Positions 27,305 to 38,172 of a DNA stretch of 64,000 bases are shown one piece after another. The position numbers and the translations under genes were made by a program. The notes under the pieces were generated by a model, which did not search any database, was not told where the DNA came from, and was given only the letters and a program-made list of their open reading frames with translations. The number at the start of each line of letters is the position of its first letter. The first letter of the stretch is position 1. This DNA is from an uncultured Bacilli bacterium (GTDB lineage Bacteria > Bacillota_I > Bacilli_A > RF39 > UBA660), in the NCBI GenBank assembly GCA_947585665.1, contig CANPXE010000008.1, positions 11,294-75,293 of the forward strand, in the 5' to 3' direction.

Positions 27305-28801
27305 TCAATCTAATTTTCTTTCATAGAGGGTGAAATATTTGTCGTAATATATGTTTTTATAAGCATTATCTTTTTTTAATTGTCTATCAAGCATGGAATT
27401 TTTAATTATTAGTATATGTGTAACATCATAATAATTAAAGACTTCTTGATAATTTAAATTGTCAACGACATCATAGTAGTCATTAAAAATATCACGTTTT
27501 AACTTATTGAATGGTTTTGTGTATAAGTCTGATCTTGAATCGATGAAAACGGGAATATCGTTATAGAGTAGATAACTTCCAATGTAGTATTCATTAAAGA
27601 TTCTTGCTTTTTCAAGATTGATATTTTCTTTTATATAATTAATGGCATCACTTGGATATTTTTCATTTGTGATATCGTTAGTACTTAGATTTCTAATTGT
27701 GAATAGACCTGTTCCAACAACTAAAAAGCATAAAAGAATAGTTATTAATTCACTTTTGCGATTAAAGATGATATCTAGTTTATGAACAGTTTTGGAAGAT
27801 AACCTTTTATTTACTTTATATAGATAATTACTTACGACAAAGGAACCAATTAATAGTAAATAAGCAAAGTTTCTTATGGCAATTAAACTCATTAAAATAA
27901 GACCTAAAGTTAAGAAGACATCTTCTAGATCAATATCTTCTTTAGTTATCAAGAATAGAACTAATAGAACGAATAGATATTGATAAAAACTAAAACCATT
28001 ACTAATATTAATATTTTGATATTCTAAGATGGAAGCAAAAGTATCTCCTGCGAATTGATTAAAAATATATGTATAGGGAGTAGTACCAAGAGGTGTCAAA
28101 AAACCTGTCAATAGACAAATAATGATAATGGGAAAGAGTTTCTTAGTATTTTCATTCGTCTTAAAATTAATTCTTCCTATTGTGAAATCTTTTTTATTTT
28201 TCCTTATCTTCTTCAATAAAAGACTTAAATAGTGACTAGCAATAGGTGGAAGAAATAAGACAAAAAAGAAGATCCAGGTCGCTAGATGGATATTTATTAA
28301 AATAATTGATAAAAGAATTAAGATAAGACCATTTTTGACTTTACCATCTTCTAAGAATTTGTCTAAAAAATGCTTTTCCAATAAGAAAATTATAAAACTT
28401 ACTATTTGGGCACGAGCGGTGATAAAAGCCATCATGAAACCAATAGTCATTATGGTTAAAATGAAGGAAAAAAGATAGTTCTTCGTCTTTTGATTAGAAA
28501 AGTAATATATTAAAATCCCGATTGTTGAGTAAAGAACAATGTTCATTACGTAGATGGCATTAAAGCCTTGAAACTTAAAAATGATACTCATAAAACAATC
28601 ATATAACCAATGGGGATAAGTATAGGGAAGGCCTTTAATCCAAGAAAAGTGATCCATCATATCAATACCATTTTTTAAAATATAATCACCAATCTTTAAA
28701 GTATAAAACGTATCGTTTGGTATTGCTATAACCGTTAATCCAACACAGAGAAAGATGATTGATAAAACGGCTACTAAATGAAATGCTTTATTTTTTTTCA
28801 T
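27305..28801 (-). CDS. polytopic membrane protein (GT-C-like glycosyltransferase candidate)
   Basis: The protein has at least 11 TM helices and a soluble C-terminal domain. The N-terminal loop reads DTFYTLKIGDYILKNG. I prefer the ATG at 28801 (MKKNKAF). Confidence 0.5.
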   Translation of the reverse strand: MKKNKAFHLVAVLSIIFLCVGLTVIAIPNDTFYTLKIGDYILKNGIDMMDHFSWIKGLPYTYPHWLYDCFMSIIFKFQGFNAIYVMNIVLYSTIGILIYYFSNQKTKNYLFSFILTIMTIGFMMAFITARAQIVSFIIFLLEKHFLDKFLEDGKVKNGLILILLSIILINIHLATWIFFFVLFLPPIASHYLSLLLKKIRKNKKDFTIGRINFKTNENTKKLFPIIIICLLTGFLTPLGTTPYTYIFNQFAGDTFASILEYQNINISNGFSFYQYLFVLLVLFLITKEDIDLEDVFLTLGLILMSLIAIRNFAYLLLIGSFVVSNYLYKVNKRLSSKTVHKLDIIFNRKSELITILLCFLVVGTGLFTIRNLSTNDITNEKYPSDAINYIKENINLEKARIFNEYYIGSYLLYNDIPVFIDSRSDLYTKPFNKLKRDIFNDYYDVVDNLNYQEVFNYYDVTHILIIKNSMLDRQLKKDNAYKNIYYDKYFTLYERKLD

Positions 28802-28928
28802 ATGATCACATCCTAAATTGATTATAACAAAGTTATATTTTTTCAGCAATATTACTTGTAATTAGTACTTGTTTTTCTTTTGTTTTGTGGTATAATTGTA
28901 AAAGTTTGTGTAGGAAGTGGGTTATATT

Positions 28929-30737
28929 ATGGAAAAAAGAAATGTTGCGATTATTGCACACGTCGACCATGGTAAGACAACTTTGGTTGATGATATATTA
29001 AAATCAAGTGGAACTTTTCGTGAGAATGAGGACTTGTCTAATGTGTCAATGGACTCTAACCAATTGGAAAAAGAGCGTGGAATAACAATTCTTGCGAAGA
29101 CGACAGCGGTTGACTATAAAGGATATCGTATCAATATTTTAGATACGCCAGGACATGCCGATTTTGGTGGCGAAGTTGAACGTATAATGAATATGGTTGA
29201 TGGTGTTTTATTAGTTGTTGATGCTTATGAAGGAACAATGCCTCAAACGCGTTTTGTTTTGAAAAAAGCACTAGAGGCTAAGACAAAACCCATTGTTGTC
29301 ATTAATAAAGTTGACAAAGAGAGTGCGAGATGTGCCGAAGTTGTTGATGAAGTTTTAGATTTATTTATTGAATTGGGAGCTGATGATGATCAATTAGATT
29401 TCCCTGTTGTCTATGCATCCGCTATTAATGGAACTTGTAGTTTGAGTGATGATTTGTCAACACAAACGCCTGGTTTTAATGAATTGTTAGATTTAATTAT
29501 TTCAGAAATACCTTCACCTAGTGGAAGTAAAGATGAAGATTTACAGTTCCAACCAGCTCTACTTGATTATAATGATTATGTTGGTCGTATTGGTGTTGGT
29601 CGTGTTCACAATGGTAAAATTAAAACGGGACAAATGGTTTCTTGTCATCGCCTTGATGGTTCTATTAAACAGTTCCGTGTTCAAAAGTTATTTGGTTATC
29701 TTGGTCTAAAACGAATTGAAATTGAAGAAGCGGAAGCGGGAGACATCGTTGCGGTTGCTGGTCTTCCTGATATTTCAGTAGGTGAAACACTTTGCGAAGT
29801 GGGAAAAGACAAACCATTACCAATTTTACATATTGATGAACCAACTTTACAGATGACGATTGGAACTAACTCTTCACCATTCTGCGGTAAGGATGGAACT
29901 TTGTTGACAGCTCGTAAAATCGAAGAACGTTTGATGAAGGAAACCCAAAGAGACGTCAGTTTACGTGTTGCTCCTAACGATACAGAGAGTTGGATTGTAT
30001 CAGGTCGTGGGGAACTTCATTTAAGTATTTTAATTGAAAATATGCGTCGTGAAGGATACGAAATAGAAGTATCAAAACCCGCTGTTATAATTAAAGAAGA
30101 GAATGGTCAAAAATTAGAACCATATGAAGAATTACAAATTGAATGTCCTGATGATACTGTCGGTACAGTCATTGAACAACTAGGACTTCGTGGTGCCAAT
30201 ATGGAAAATATGACTTCTGTCAATGGTCAAACAAGACTTCTATATACCATTCCTTCTCGTGGCCTAATAGGGTTTACAACTGATTTCTTAACAATGACTA
30301 AAGGATATGGTATTATCAATCATACTTTTAAAGAATATTGTCCAATGGCTAGTGTTGAAATTGGTGAACGTAAGCTTGGTGTTTTAGTTTCAATGGAAAA
30401 TGGTAAGACGACGGCTTATGCTTTAGGTGCTTTAGAAGATCGTGGTGTCATGTTTGTTGAACCTGGAGTTGAAGTATATGAAGGAATGATTGTTGGTGAA
30501 CACACTCGTGAAAACGATTTAGCTGTCAATGCTGTTCGTGGTAAAAACTTAACTAACGTAAGAGCATCCGGAAGTGATCATACCGTTGTTTTAAAAAGAC
30601 CGCGTCCTATTACTTTGGAATATGCTCTTGACTATATCAACTCTGATGAACTAGTTGAAGTTACTCCACACAACATTAGGTTGCGTAAGCGAATATTAAA
30701 TACTGAACAAAGAAAGAAATTCGATGCTAAAAAGTAA
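28929..30737 (+). CDS. typA: translational GTPase TypA/BipA
   Basis: [29 protein letters not shown] and NKVD are present, and the length and C-terminal domain are typical of BipA. An extended -10 (TGgTATAAT) lies upstream. Confidence 0.95.
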   Translation: MEKRNVAIIAHVDHGKTTLVDDILKSSGTFRENEDLSNVSMDSNQLEKERGITILAKTTAVDYKGYRINILDTPGHADFGGEVERIMNMVDGVLLVVDAYEGTMPQTRFVLKKALEAKTKPIVVINKVDKESARCAEVVDEVLDLFIELGADDDQLDFPVVYASAINGTCSLSDDLSTQTPGFNELLDLIISEIPSPSGSKDEDLQFQPALLDYNDYVGRIGVGRVHNGKIKTGQMVSCHRLDGSIKQFRVQKLFGYLGLKRIEIEEAEAGDIVAVAGLPDISVGETLCEVGKDKPLPILHIDEPTLQMTIGTNSSPFCGKDGTLLTARKIEERLMKETQRDVSLRVAPNDTESWIVSGRGELHLSILIENMRREGYEIEVSKPAVIIKEENGQKLEPYEELQIECPDDTVGTVIEQLGLRGANMENMTSVNGQTRLLYTIPSRGLIGFTTDFLTMTKGYGIINHTFKEYCPMASVEIGERKLGVLVSMENGKTTAYALGALEDRGVMFVEPGVEVYEGMIVGEHTRENDLAVNAVRGKNLTNVRASGSDHTVVLKRPRPITLEYALDYINSDELVEVTPHNIRLRKRILNTEQRKKFDAKK

Positions 30738-30794
30738 TTTCTTTTTTTCTTTTTCTTTGATATAATGTAATTAGATAGGAAGAAGAGTGATAAT

Positions 30795-31355
30795 ATGAAT
30801 TCTAAAAAGAGTAGTCATAATGAAAATAGTAAAGTAACTAATCGCAAGGTAAGTTTAAAGAATTATATCATTTTATTCGTAATATTTATCTTGACAGTTA
30901 TTGTTGTCTTTGGGTTGCGCAACTGGTATGTATCATATCAAAAATATCAGTTGACAGTTCCTATTTTAAAAGGTGAGTTAAAAGAAGTAACTGTTGAAGC
31001 ACTCGACAACTATTTAATAGAAAACGATGATGCCATCATTTATATTGAAGTTAGTGATGATGAAAATTCACGTGATGTAGCCAAAGATTTATTGGATGTT
31101 TTGAAAAAACGTGATTTGACAGAGAAAGTTGTGTATTTAAACTTAAAGGACGTCAAAGATAAAGATGCTTTCTTCAATTCCTTCAATAGTAAATATATGG
31201 TTGATGGAAAAATAGATAATTATCCAGCTTTAGTTTTATTTAGAGAAGGAAAAGTTTATGCATCAACTTATAGAAAATCAAAACAATATCTAGATATTGG
31301 TAATATTGAACAGATTTTTGATGAGTACGAATTAGAAGGCGAGTTAGATGAATAA
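30795..31355 (+). CDS. membrane-anchored hypothetical protein (thioredoxin-fold-like, no CxxC)
   Basis: The protein has a single N-terminal TM. Its 3' end overlaps the trmL start. Confidence 0.55.
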   Translation: MNSKKSSHNENSKVTNRKVSLKNYIILFVIFILTVIVVFGLRNWYVSYQKYQLTVPILKGELKEVTVEALDNYLIENDDAIIYIEVSDDENSRDVAKDLLDVLKKRDLTEKVVYLNLKDVKDKDAFFNSFNSKYMVDGKIDNYPALVLFREGKVYASTYRKSKQYLDIGNIEQIFDEYELEGELDE

Positions 31356-31857
31356 TATTGTTTTATATGAACCTGAGATACCTGGAAATACTGGTAACAT
31401 CATGCGTACTTGTGTTGCGACAGGAACGCGACTTCATTTGATTGAACCATTGGGCTTTAAACTAGATGAGAGTAGTATTAGAAGAAGTGGTGTTAATTAC
31501 ATCGATAAATTAGATTATACTGTTTATAAAAATTGGGAAGATTTCAAAAGTAAAAATAAAGGAACGTATTATTATTTTACGCGTTATGGTCATAAACCGC
31601 ATAGTAGTTTTGATTATTCCAATCAAGATGAAGAAATATATCTAATCTTTGGTAAAGAGTCAACGGGAATTCCCAAAGAGATACTTCGTGAAGATTTAGA
31701 CCATTGTATGCGTATTCCCATGACGAGTAACGTTCGCGCTTTAAATTTATCCAATTGTGCCGCTTTAGTTTTATATGAAGTTCTTCGCCAACAAGACTAT
31801 CGTGATTTGCTTCGTGAAGAGCCACACAAGGACAAAGATTTTCTCATAAAAGACTAA
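31348..31857 (+). CDS. trmL: tRNA (cytidine/uridine34-2'-O)-methyltransferase TrmL (SpoU family)
   Basis: IVLYEPEIPGNTGNIMRTC, LIFGKESTGIP and IPM...RALNLSN are SPOUT TrmL motifs. Confidence 0.85.
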   Translation: MNNIVLYEPEIPGNTGNIMRTCVATGTRLHLIEPLGFKLDESSIRRSGVNYIDKLDYTVYKNWEDFKSKNKGTYYYFTRYGHKPHSSFDYSNQDEEIYLIFGKESTGIPKEILREDLDHCMRIPMTSNVRALNLSNCAALVLYEVLRQQDYRDLLREEPHKDKDFLIKD

Positions 31858-31873
31858 AAATAACAAAATTTTG

Positions 31874-31902
31874 TTGACAAAAAGCAACTGATACAATATA
31901 CT
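31874..31902 (+). promoter_or_regulatory. sigma-A-type promoter for tRNA-Ala
   Basis: TTGACA is followed by 17 nt and TATACT, about 21 nt upstream of the tRNA. Confidence 0.6.
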
Positions 31903-31923
31903 TTTATTTGTCGGTTGAATTTT

Positions 31924-31999
31924 GGGGCATTAGCTCAGCTGGGAGAGCGCCACGTTTGCACCGTGGAGGTCAGGAGTTCGATCCTCCTATGCTCCACCA
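31924..31999 (+). tRNA. tRNA-Ala (anticodon UGC), CCA encoded
   Basis: The acceptor GGGGCAT/ATGCTCC includes the G3:U70 Ala identity pair. The anticodon loop is TTTGCAC and the T loop is the canonical TTCGATC. Confidence 0.95.
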
Positions 32000-32012
32000 T
32001 ATTGGTTTTTAA

Positions 32013-32040
32013 CTCGAACTTTATAGTTCGGGTTTTATTA
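32013..32040 (+). terminator. rho-independent terminator after tRNA-Ala
   Basis: The stem CTCGAACT-TTAT-AGTTCGGG is followed by TTTT. Confidence 0.7.
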
Positions 32041-32085
32041 TTGCCTAATTTTATGTTACAATGTTAGAGTATAAGGAGTTAGCTT

Positions 32086-32706
32086 ATGACGGATTTAGTT
32101 GTTGAAGTTGGAATAAAGTTAAAAAAAGATTTAGCTTGCTATGAAAACATTTTAAAAAAGGCCGGAGCTATTAATACTTATAATTGTGAAACAATTGACC
32201 TTTACTATACAGATAAAAATCTTGATGGTATGAGTGAAAAACAAATGAAGGATGCCTGTGTACGCTATAGAATGTCAAGAGGAATTAGTGGAGAAGACTT
32301 TAATGGTGATGAGAATTGGAAATGTTACTTCCAAAATTATCAAATTTTTGATCATAATCATTGTGACGAGTTTCCACTAGATCATTCGCATTTAGGTGAA
32401 TATGAAGAAAAATTTAGTGAGTCTAAATTTGGAAAAATATTTGCTACTTCTAAAATGGATTATCAATATCGCATTGGTGATATGAAAAGTAGAATTCAAC
32501 TACAAGACATTAAAGATGTTGGACTCCTTTTATACTATGACAATCCTGATTATTATGGACAAGAATTAGAAGAACAAAGGAAAAATTTAATTGCTGAATT
32601 ACGCCTTTATGGTTTTGAAGAGATTGATGATAATACCTTAGGGTTAGATAAACTTCGAACTTTATATTATAAAAAAGAGTGTTATAGTAAAAACCAAAAT
32701 GCTTAA
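32086..32706 (+). CDS. hypothetical protein
   Basis: The SD is TAAGGAG. The 206-aa soluble product belongs to no family I recognise. Confidence 0.65.
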   Translation: MTDLVVEVGIKLKKDLACYENILKKAGAINTYNCETIDLYYTDKNLDGMSEKQMKDACVRYRMSRGISGEDFNGDENWKCYFQNYQIFDHNHCDEFPLDHSHLGEYEEKFSESKFGKIFATSKMDYQYRIGDMKSRIQLQDIKDVGLLLYYDNPDYYGQELEEQRKNLIAELRLYGFEEIDDNTLGLDKLRTLYYKKECYSKNQNA

Positions 32707-32777
32707 AAATAAGATTTTGTTGTGAAAAAAACTATGTTATAATTATGATAATTAGGTTAGAATGATAGGTGAGGAAC

Positions 32778-33023
32778 ATGTATGATGATATTGGACGTAT
32801 TGTAACATTTAATGATGGTGAATATGTTTTAGTTAGTCGTATTAATGATGATGAAGATACTTATGTCTATTTGATGAGTGTTTTTAGTCCCATCAACGTT
32901 TTAATCGCCAAAGAAAAAGAACTTTCTTCTTCCGTTGTGGAATTAGTTGTTGTTGAAGAAGAGGAAGAAAGAAAGAGAATCTATAATCAATTTGTTAAAG
33001 TTGCTAGTTTAGGATTATTATAA
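32778..33023 (+). CDS. small hypothetical protein
   Basis: The ORF is 81-84 codons. The start could be ATG 32778 or GTG 32769. Confidence 0.5.
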   Translation: MYDDIGRIVTFNDGEYVLVSRINDDEDTYVYLMSVFSPINVLIAKEKELSSSVVELVVVEEEEERKRIYNQFVKVASLGLL

Positions 33024-33084
33024 GTAAGGTTTTAAGATGTGTAAAAACATATCTTTTTTTATTGTAAAATGTTATAATTTGAAT

Positions 33085-34119
33085 ATGGTGATTGATGTGG
33101 AAAATATATATAGTAAATCTTTTGACGAATTAGTTACCTTTTTTGAAGGAATCGGTGAAAAAAAGTTTAAGGCAACACAAGTCTTTGATTGGTTATACGT
33201 TAAAAGAGTAAAAACTTTTGATGAAATGAGTAATATTAAGAAAAACATTATTGATGAATTAAAGAAAAAATTTGTCATTGGTGATATAAAATTAGATAGT
33301 GTAGAAAGAGATGTTGAAGTTAATAAATACTTATTTACATTAGCGGATGGTAATCATATTGAGTCGGTTTTGATGCGCCATGATTACGGTACGAGTATTT
33401 GTATATCAAGTCAGGTTGGATGTAATATGGGATGCCATTTCTGTGAGAGTGGACGATTGAAAAAGGTTCGTAATTTGACGACTGGGGAAATGATTGAACA
33501 AATTCTAAAAGTTGAAGAAGATATCAAGATGCGCATAACGCATGTTGTCATTATGGGAATTGGGGAACCTTTTGATAACTTTGATAACTTTAAACGCTTT
33601 GTCGAAATTGTTAATTATCAAAAAGGAATCAATATTGGAAGCCGTCACATAACGGTTTCAACGAGTGGCCTAATTCCTAAAATTAGAGAGTTTGCATCTT
33701 TTCCATATCAAGTTAATTTAGCAATTAGTCTTCATGCTCCCAATGATGAAATTCGTAATAAATTAATGCCCATCAATAAAGTCTATCCTCTTGAAGATTT
33801 GATGAAAGAGATTAAAAACTATATTAAAACGACTAATAGACGTGTCACTTTTGAATATATTTTGTTAGATGGCATTAATGATAGTGAAGAGTGCGCGCAA
33901 GAATTATGTGATTTAGTTAAGGGTATTAATTGTTATATAAATTTGATTCCTTATAACGAAACGAACAATTTAGGTTATAAAAGGAGTAAAAAAGATACTA
34001 TTTCTAAATTTTATGATATAATTAAGAAAAGAAAAATAAATGTGACGATAAGAAGGGAATTTGGAACAAATATAAGTGCGGCATGTGGACAACTAAGAAG
34101 TAAGAAGGAGGATATATGA
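33085..34119 (+). CDS. rlmN: 23S rRNA/tRNA adenine-C2 methyltransferase RlmN (radical SAM)
   Basis: CNMGCHFCESG is the radical SAM cluster motif, and the C-terminus has GQL. The start is uncertain: ATG 33085 or GTG 33097. The tracked ATG at 33037 runs through a TGtTATAAT promoter. Confidence 0.85.
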   Translation: MVIDVENIYSKSFDELVTFFEGIGEKKFKATQVFDWLYVKRVKTFDEMSNIKKNIIDELKKKFVIGDIKLDSVERDVEVNKYLFTLADGNHIESVLMRHDYGTSICISSQVGCNMGCHFCESGRLKKVRNLTTGEMIEQILKVEEDIKMRITHVVIMGIGEPFDNFDNFKRFVEIVNYQKGINIGSRHITVSTSGLIPKIREFASFPYQVNLAISLHAPNDEIRNKLMPINKVYPLEDLMKEIKNYIKTTNRRVTFEYILLDGINDSEECAQELCDLVKGINCYINLIPYNETNNLGYKRSKKDTISKFYDIIKKRKINVTIRREFGTNISAACGQLRSKKEDI

Positions 34120-34856
34120 AATCATTTTATTTGACCGATACAGGAAAAGTACGAGATCATAATGAAGATAGTTTGATTATTTTAGAGAATGAAAACAAAG
34201 AATACTTACTTGCGGTAGCTGATGGTATGGGTGGTCATTCTGCTGGTGAAGTTGCGAGTAGTATTGCTATTACGCATTTGAGTAATATGTTCAAAAAGAA
34301 CTTTTTGGATTTAGAAAAAGTACAAGCTGTCAATTGGTTAAGAGATACCGTTATTGAAATCAATGATTTGATCTTTGATTATGCTGATAAACATCCTGAG
34401 AGTAAAGGAATGGGGACAACTTTGGTCGTTGCTCTTGTAACTAAGAATTATGTTTTATTCGGAAATATTGGTGATTCTTCTGGTTTTGTTATGAAAGAAG
34501 GAAAATTGCACAAAGTAACTTATGATCACACTCTTGTCAATTTGCTTTTAAAAGCGGGAGAATTAACGGAGGAAGAAGCTAAAGATCATCCTAAAAAGAA
34601 TGTCTTGATGAAAGCTCTTGGCGCTAATAATCCGATTGATATCGATATTTTTGATTGTGATATGGATATTGATTCCATTCTTCTATGTAGTGATGGACTT
34701 ACATCAATGCTTGATAGTGAACAAATTGAAAAAGTACTATTGAGTGATTCTGATATCGAAGATAAAGTTATTAAATTGATTAGAAAAAGCAATAACCGTG
34801 GTGGGAACGATAATATTTCGGTTGCTTATTTAGACTTACGAGAAAGCGGTGAATGA
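34116..34856 (+). CDS. stp: PP2C-family Ser/Thr phosphatase Stp/PrpC
   Basis: RDHNEDS, ADGMGGH and a C-terminal DNIS are present. The gene overlaps rlmN and prkC by 4 nt on each side. Confidence 0.9.
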   Translation: MKSFYLTDTGKVRDHNEDSLIILENENKEYLLAVADGMGGHSAGEVASSIAITHLSNMFKKNFLDLEKVQAVNWLRDTVIEINDLIFDYADKHPESKGMGTTLVVALVTKNYVLFGNIGDSSGFVMKEGKLHKVTYDHTLVNLLLKAGELTEEEAKDHPKKNVLMKALGANNPIDIDIFDCDMDIDSILLCSDGLTSMLDSEQIEKVLLSDSDIEDKVIKLIRKSNNRGGNDNISVAYLDLRESGE

Positions 34857-36703
34857 AATTGATAACAAAGGGGCAAAAAATAAATGATAGATATGAGGTC
34901 ATCAAAAGTATTGGTGAAGGTGGAATGGCTAATGTCTACCTAGCTAAAGATACTATTCTTGACCGTAAAGTAGCAGTTAAAGTTTTAAGAGGTGATTTGG
35001 CAAACGATGAGAAGTTTGTTCGTCGTTTTCAAAGAGAAGCCTTATCAGCATCTTCCTTATCACATCCTAATATTGTTGAAATGTATGATGTCGGAGAAGA
35101 TGAAGGAAACCATTATATTGTCATGGAGTATGTTGAAGGTAAAACTTTAAAACAACTCCTAAAAAAGCGTGGTAACTTAACCGTTAGTGAAGCTGTTGAC
35201 ATTATGCTTCAATTAGCCGATGGAATTGCGCATGCCCATGATAGTTATATAATCCATCGTGACATAAAGCCACAAAATATTCTCATTCAAGAAGATGGTC
35301 AAATAAAAATTACGGATTTTGGTATTGCGATGGCTCTTAATTCAACGCAGTTGACCCAAACTAACTCCGTAATGGGAAGTGTGCATTATTTACCACCAGA
35401 ACAAGCTAATGGTAAAGGTTCAACCATTAAATGTGACATTTACTCAATGGGTATTTTGTTCTATGAACTTTTAACTGGGGTTTTACCATTTAAAGGGGAT
35501 AATGCTGTTGAAATTGCTTTAAAACATATGAAAGATCCGATTCCAAGTGTTAGAAAACAAAATTCTAATATTCCTCAAAGTATTGAAAACATCATTTTGA
35601 AATCAACGGCTAAAAATCCTAAAAATAGATATAATGACGTTAAAGAAATGTATCAAGATTTAAAAACGTGTTTAGATCCTGATGTTATGGATCAACCACG
35701 ATACGTTTATAAATATCCTGAACATGAAACGGAAGACAAAGAACAAATTCCAACGATTAGACCTAAGAAAAAAGAAGTAGAAAAGAAAAGAGAACCAATT
35801 AAAGAAGAACCAAAAGAGGAAGAAGAAGTCATTGAAGAATTAGAAGATGATGAAGAACCTAAAAATAGTAAGAAAATGAATATTATTATTTGGTCATTAT
35901 TTGGTATTCTTGTCGTTTTAGTTGGTGTTGTTTCAGCTATTTTCTTGCCTAGTTTCTTTGGTAAAGAAAAAGAAATGGAAATACCTGATGTTTCAGGAAT
36001 GAGTGTTGTCGATGCTGAATCTGTTCTTCGAGATAGTGGCTTTGAAGTAAAGGCGGAAACCGAAAAGATGGCTAGTGCTGAATATGAAGTAGGGCAAGTT
36101 GTTAAAACTGATCCGATTGCGGGTCGTACCGTTAAAGAAGGAACAGAAATAACGCTATATGAATCAATTGGTGAAGAAACATATACTGTTGAAAACTTCA
36201 CTGGTGAAAAAATTGATGTCATTCAAGAACGCCTTCGTCCTTATGGTATAACCATTGAGACAAAGTCTAAGAGCATTGAAGGTGTTGAATCTATTGATGG
36301 TATCGATGACATGGAAAATCTTGATAAAGAAACAATTATTGATCAAAATCCAAAAGAAGGAACAGTTCTTAAAAAAGGTGATAAAGTAACTCTTTATTAT
36401 CCAGAAATATATAACAAATATCCTGACTTTGTTAATGAGGGATGGACTCTTGAAGAAGTAAAAGAATTCTGTGAACAATATAGTGTTACAGTAAAGGTTC
36501 AAGAGACTGTTTCGCAAATTAAAGAACCAGGAACAATTCTTCGTCAATCACGTCCTGCTGGTAGTGAAATCGTTGAAAAAGCTGAAATAATTATTACGAT
36601 TGCTAAAAAGGAAGAAGTGCAAACTACACCGCCTACTAGTAGTGATGATAATACGGACCAAAGTGATAGTTCAAGTACTGATGGAACAACGCAGTCACCA
36701 TAA
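34853..36703 (+). CDS. prkC: Ser/Thr kinase PrkC with three PASTA domains
   Basis: The kinase motifs HRDIKPQNIL and DFGIA are followed by a K/E-rich linker, a TM (IIIWSLFGILVVLVGVV), three PASTA-like repeats and an S/T/D-rich tail. Confidence 0.92.
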   Translation: MKLITKGQKINDRYEVIKSIGEGGMANVYLAKDTILDRKVAVKVLRGDLANDEKFVRRFQREALSASSLSHPNIVEMYDVGEDEGNHYIVMEYVEGKTLKQLLKKRGNLTVSEAVDIMLQLADGIAHAHDSYIIHRDIKPQNILIQEDGQIKITDFGIAMALNSTQLTQTNSVMGSVHYLPPEQANGKGSTIKCDIYSMGILFYELLTGVLPFKGDNAVEIALKHMKDPIPSVRKQNSNIPQSIENIILKSTAKNPKNRYNDVKEMYQDLKTCLDPDVMDQPRYVYKYPEHETEDKEQIPTIRPKKKEVEKKREPIKEEPKEEEEVIEELEDDEEPKNSKKMNIIIWSLFGILVVLVGVVSAIFLPSFFGKEKEMEIPDVSGMSVVDAESVLRDSGFEVKAETEKMASAEYEVGQVVKTDPIAGRTVKEGTEITLYESIGEETYTVENFTGEKIDVIQERLRPYGITIETKSKSIEGVESIDGIDDMENLDKETIIDQNPKEGTVLKKGDKVTLYYPEIYNKYPDFVNEGWTLEEVKEFCEQYSVTVKVQETVSQIKEPGTILRQSRPAGSEIVEKAEIIITIAKKEEVQTTPPTSSDDNTDQSDSSSTDGTTQSP

Positions 36704-36714
36704 AAGAGGTTTTA

Positions 36715-37536
36715 ATGAGAGGACAAATAATAAAAATAATTAGTAATTTATATACTGTTAATTGTAATGGCAAAATTTATGAGTGTCACAGTCGTGGTAA
36801 ATTCCGTAAGGACAATATTACCCCCGTTGTTGGTGATTACGTTACAATTGATGAAAAAGATAAATATATTTTAGAAATAGAAGAAAGAAAGAATCGTTTA
36901 ATAAGACCAATGGTCAGTAATATTGACCAAGGTCTTATTATAACGAGTGTTAAAATACCAGATTTTTCAACTAATCTTTTAGATAAATTATTAACTTTAA
37001 TGGAAATAAATAATGTTGAAGCCATTATTTGTTTTACGAAATTAGATTTGTTGAATGAAGAAGAAAAAGAGAAAATTGAAAAGTACATTGCTTATTATCA
37101 AAAAATAGGTTATCGTGTTTATAAAAATGATCAAATAGATGATATAAAACAAATATTTAAAGATAAAGTAACAGTTTTTACAGGGCAAACAGGAGCTGGT
37201 AAAAGTACCTTATTAAATCGTTTGGATACTAAGTTGAACTTGGAAACGGGTGAGGTATCTAAAGCCTTAGGTCGTGGCAAACATACGACGCGTCACGTTG
37301 AATTAGTTGAATTATTTGGTGGAAAAGTTTTAGATACGCCAGGTTTTTCTAGTTTAGAGTTTACAAGTGTTGATAAAACAGCCATTCGTGATGCCTTTGT
37401 TGAATTTCAAGACTATCCATGTAAGTTTAAAGATTGTATGCATCTAAATGAAAAAGAATGTGCTGTTAGAGATGCTGTTCAAGAAGGGAAAATTTTAGAA
37501 TCACGTTATAATAATTATAAAAGAATAGTACAGTAG
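36715..37536 (+). CDS. rsgA: ribosome small-subunit-dependent GTPase RsgA (CpgA/YjeQ)
   Basis: The G domain is circularly permuted, with TKLD before GQTGAGKSTLLN. The C-terminus has the zinc knuckle CKFKDCMHLNEKEC. Confidence 0.9.
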   Translation: MRGQIIKIISNLYTVNCNGKIYECHSRGKFRKDNITPVVGDYVTIDEKDKYILEIEERKNRLIRPMVSNIDQGLIITSVKIPDFSTNLLDKLLTLMEINNVEAIICFTKLDLLNEEEKEKIEKYIAYYQKIGYRVYKNDQIDDIKQIFKDKVTVFTGQTGAGKSTLLNRLDTKLNLETGEVSKALGRGKHTTRHVELVELFGGKVLDTPGFSSLEFTSVDKTAIRDAFVEFQDYPCKFKDCMHLNEKECAVRDAVQEGKILESRYNNYKRIVQ

Positions 37537-37544
37537 GTGATAAA

Positions 37545-38168
37545 ATGTCAAAGAAAGTTTCAGTTTCTTTTTTTACGAGTAAAAATATTGAAGATGATTT
37601 GATGAATTTGTGTGCAACTTCAGCTGATTATATTCACGTTGATGTAGGCGATGGAAAATTCATTGAACGAAAATTTAATCCGGTCAAAGAACTAAAAGAA
37701 CTTCAAGGCGCTTTGACGAAAAGACTAGATGTTCATTTTATGGTTGAAGATCCCCAAAAATATATTGAAGAATATAGTGAATTAGATTGTGAATACATTA
37801 CTATTCATTGTGAGATAAAAAAAGATATTTTAAATCTTTTAAATTTGATTAAGTCTTATGGTATTAAGTGTGGACTTGCTATAAGTCCTGATACCGATTT
37901 ATGTTTTCTTGAACCTTTTCTTGATGATATAGATACCATTTTAATTATGAGTGTTGTTCCAGGAAAAGGTGGACAAAGTTTTATTTATAATACGGTTGAA
38001 AGAATAAAACAGGTCCGTAAGTTAATAGGAAAGAGAAATATTGTCATTAATGTTGATGGTGGTATTAATAGTGAGACTGCAAAGTTAGTGGATAGTGATA
38101 TTGTAGTTAGTGGAAGCTTTGTTTTAAACAGTGATGATTGGGAAAAAAATATAAATGCAGTAAGGTGA
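37545..38168 (+). CDS. rpe: ribulose-phosphate 3-epimerase-like protein
   Basis: HVDVGDGKF and LDVHFMVEDP match the Rpe barrel motifs (HVDVMDG, DVHLMV). The synteny after rsgA matches B. subtilis. The sequence is divergent. Confidence 0.7.
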   Translation: MSKKVSVSFFTSKNIEDDLMNLCATSADYIHVDVGDGKFIERKFNPVKELKELQGALTKRLDVHFMVEDPQKYIEEYSELDCEYITIHCEIKKDILNLLNLIKSYGIKCGLAISPDTDLCFLEPFLDDIDTILIMSVVPGKGGQSFIYNTVERIKQVRKLIGKRNIVINVDGGINSETAKLVDSDIVVSGSFVLNSDDWEKNINAVR

Positions 38169-38172
38169 TAAT

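Noticed and set aside
35707-36547. Long antisense ORFs (171 aa and 127 aa) inside prkC.
   Set aside because: They are shadow frames of a well-supported kinase/PASTA gene. They have low-complexity S/F/L-rich translations and no SD or start context.
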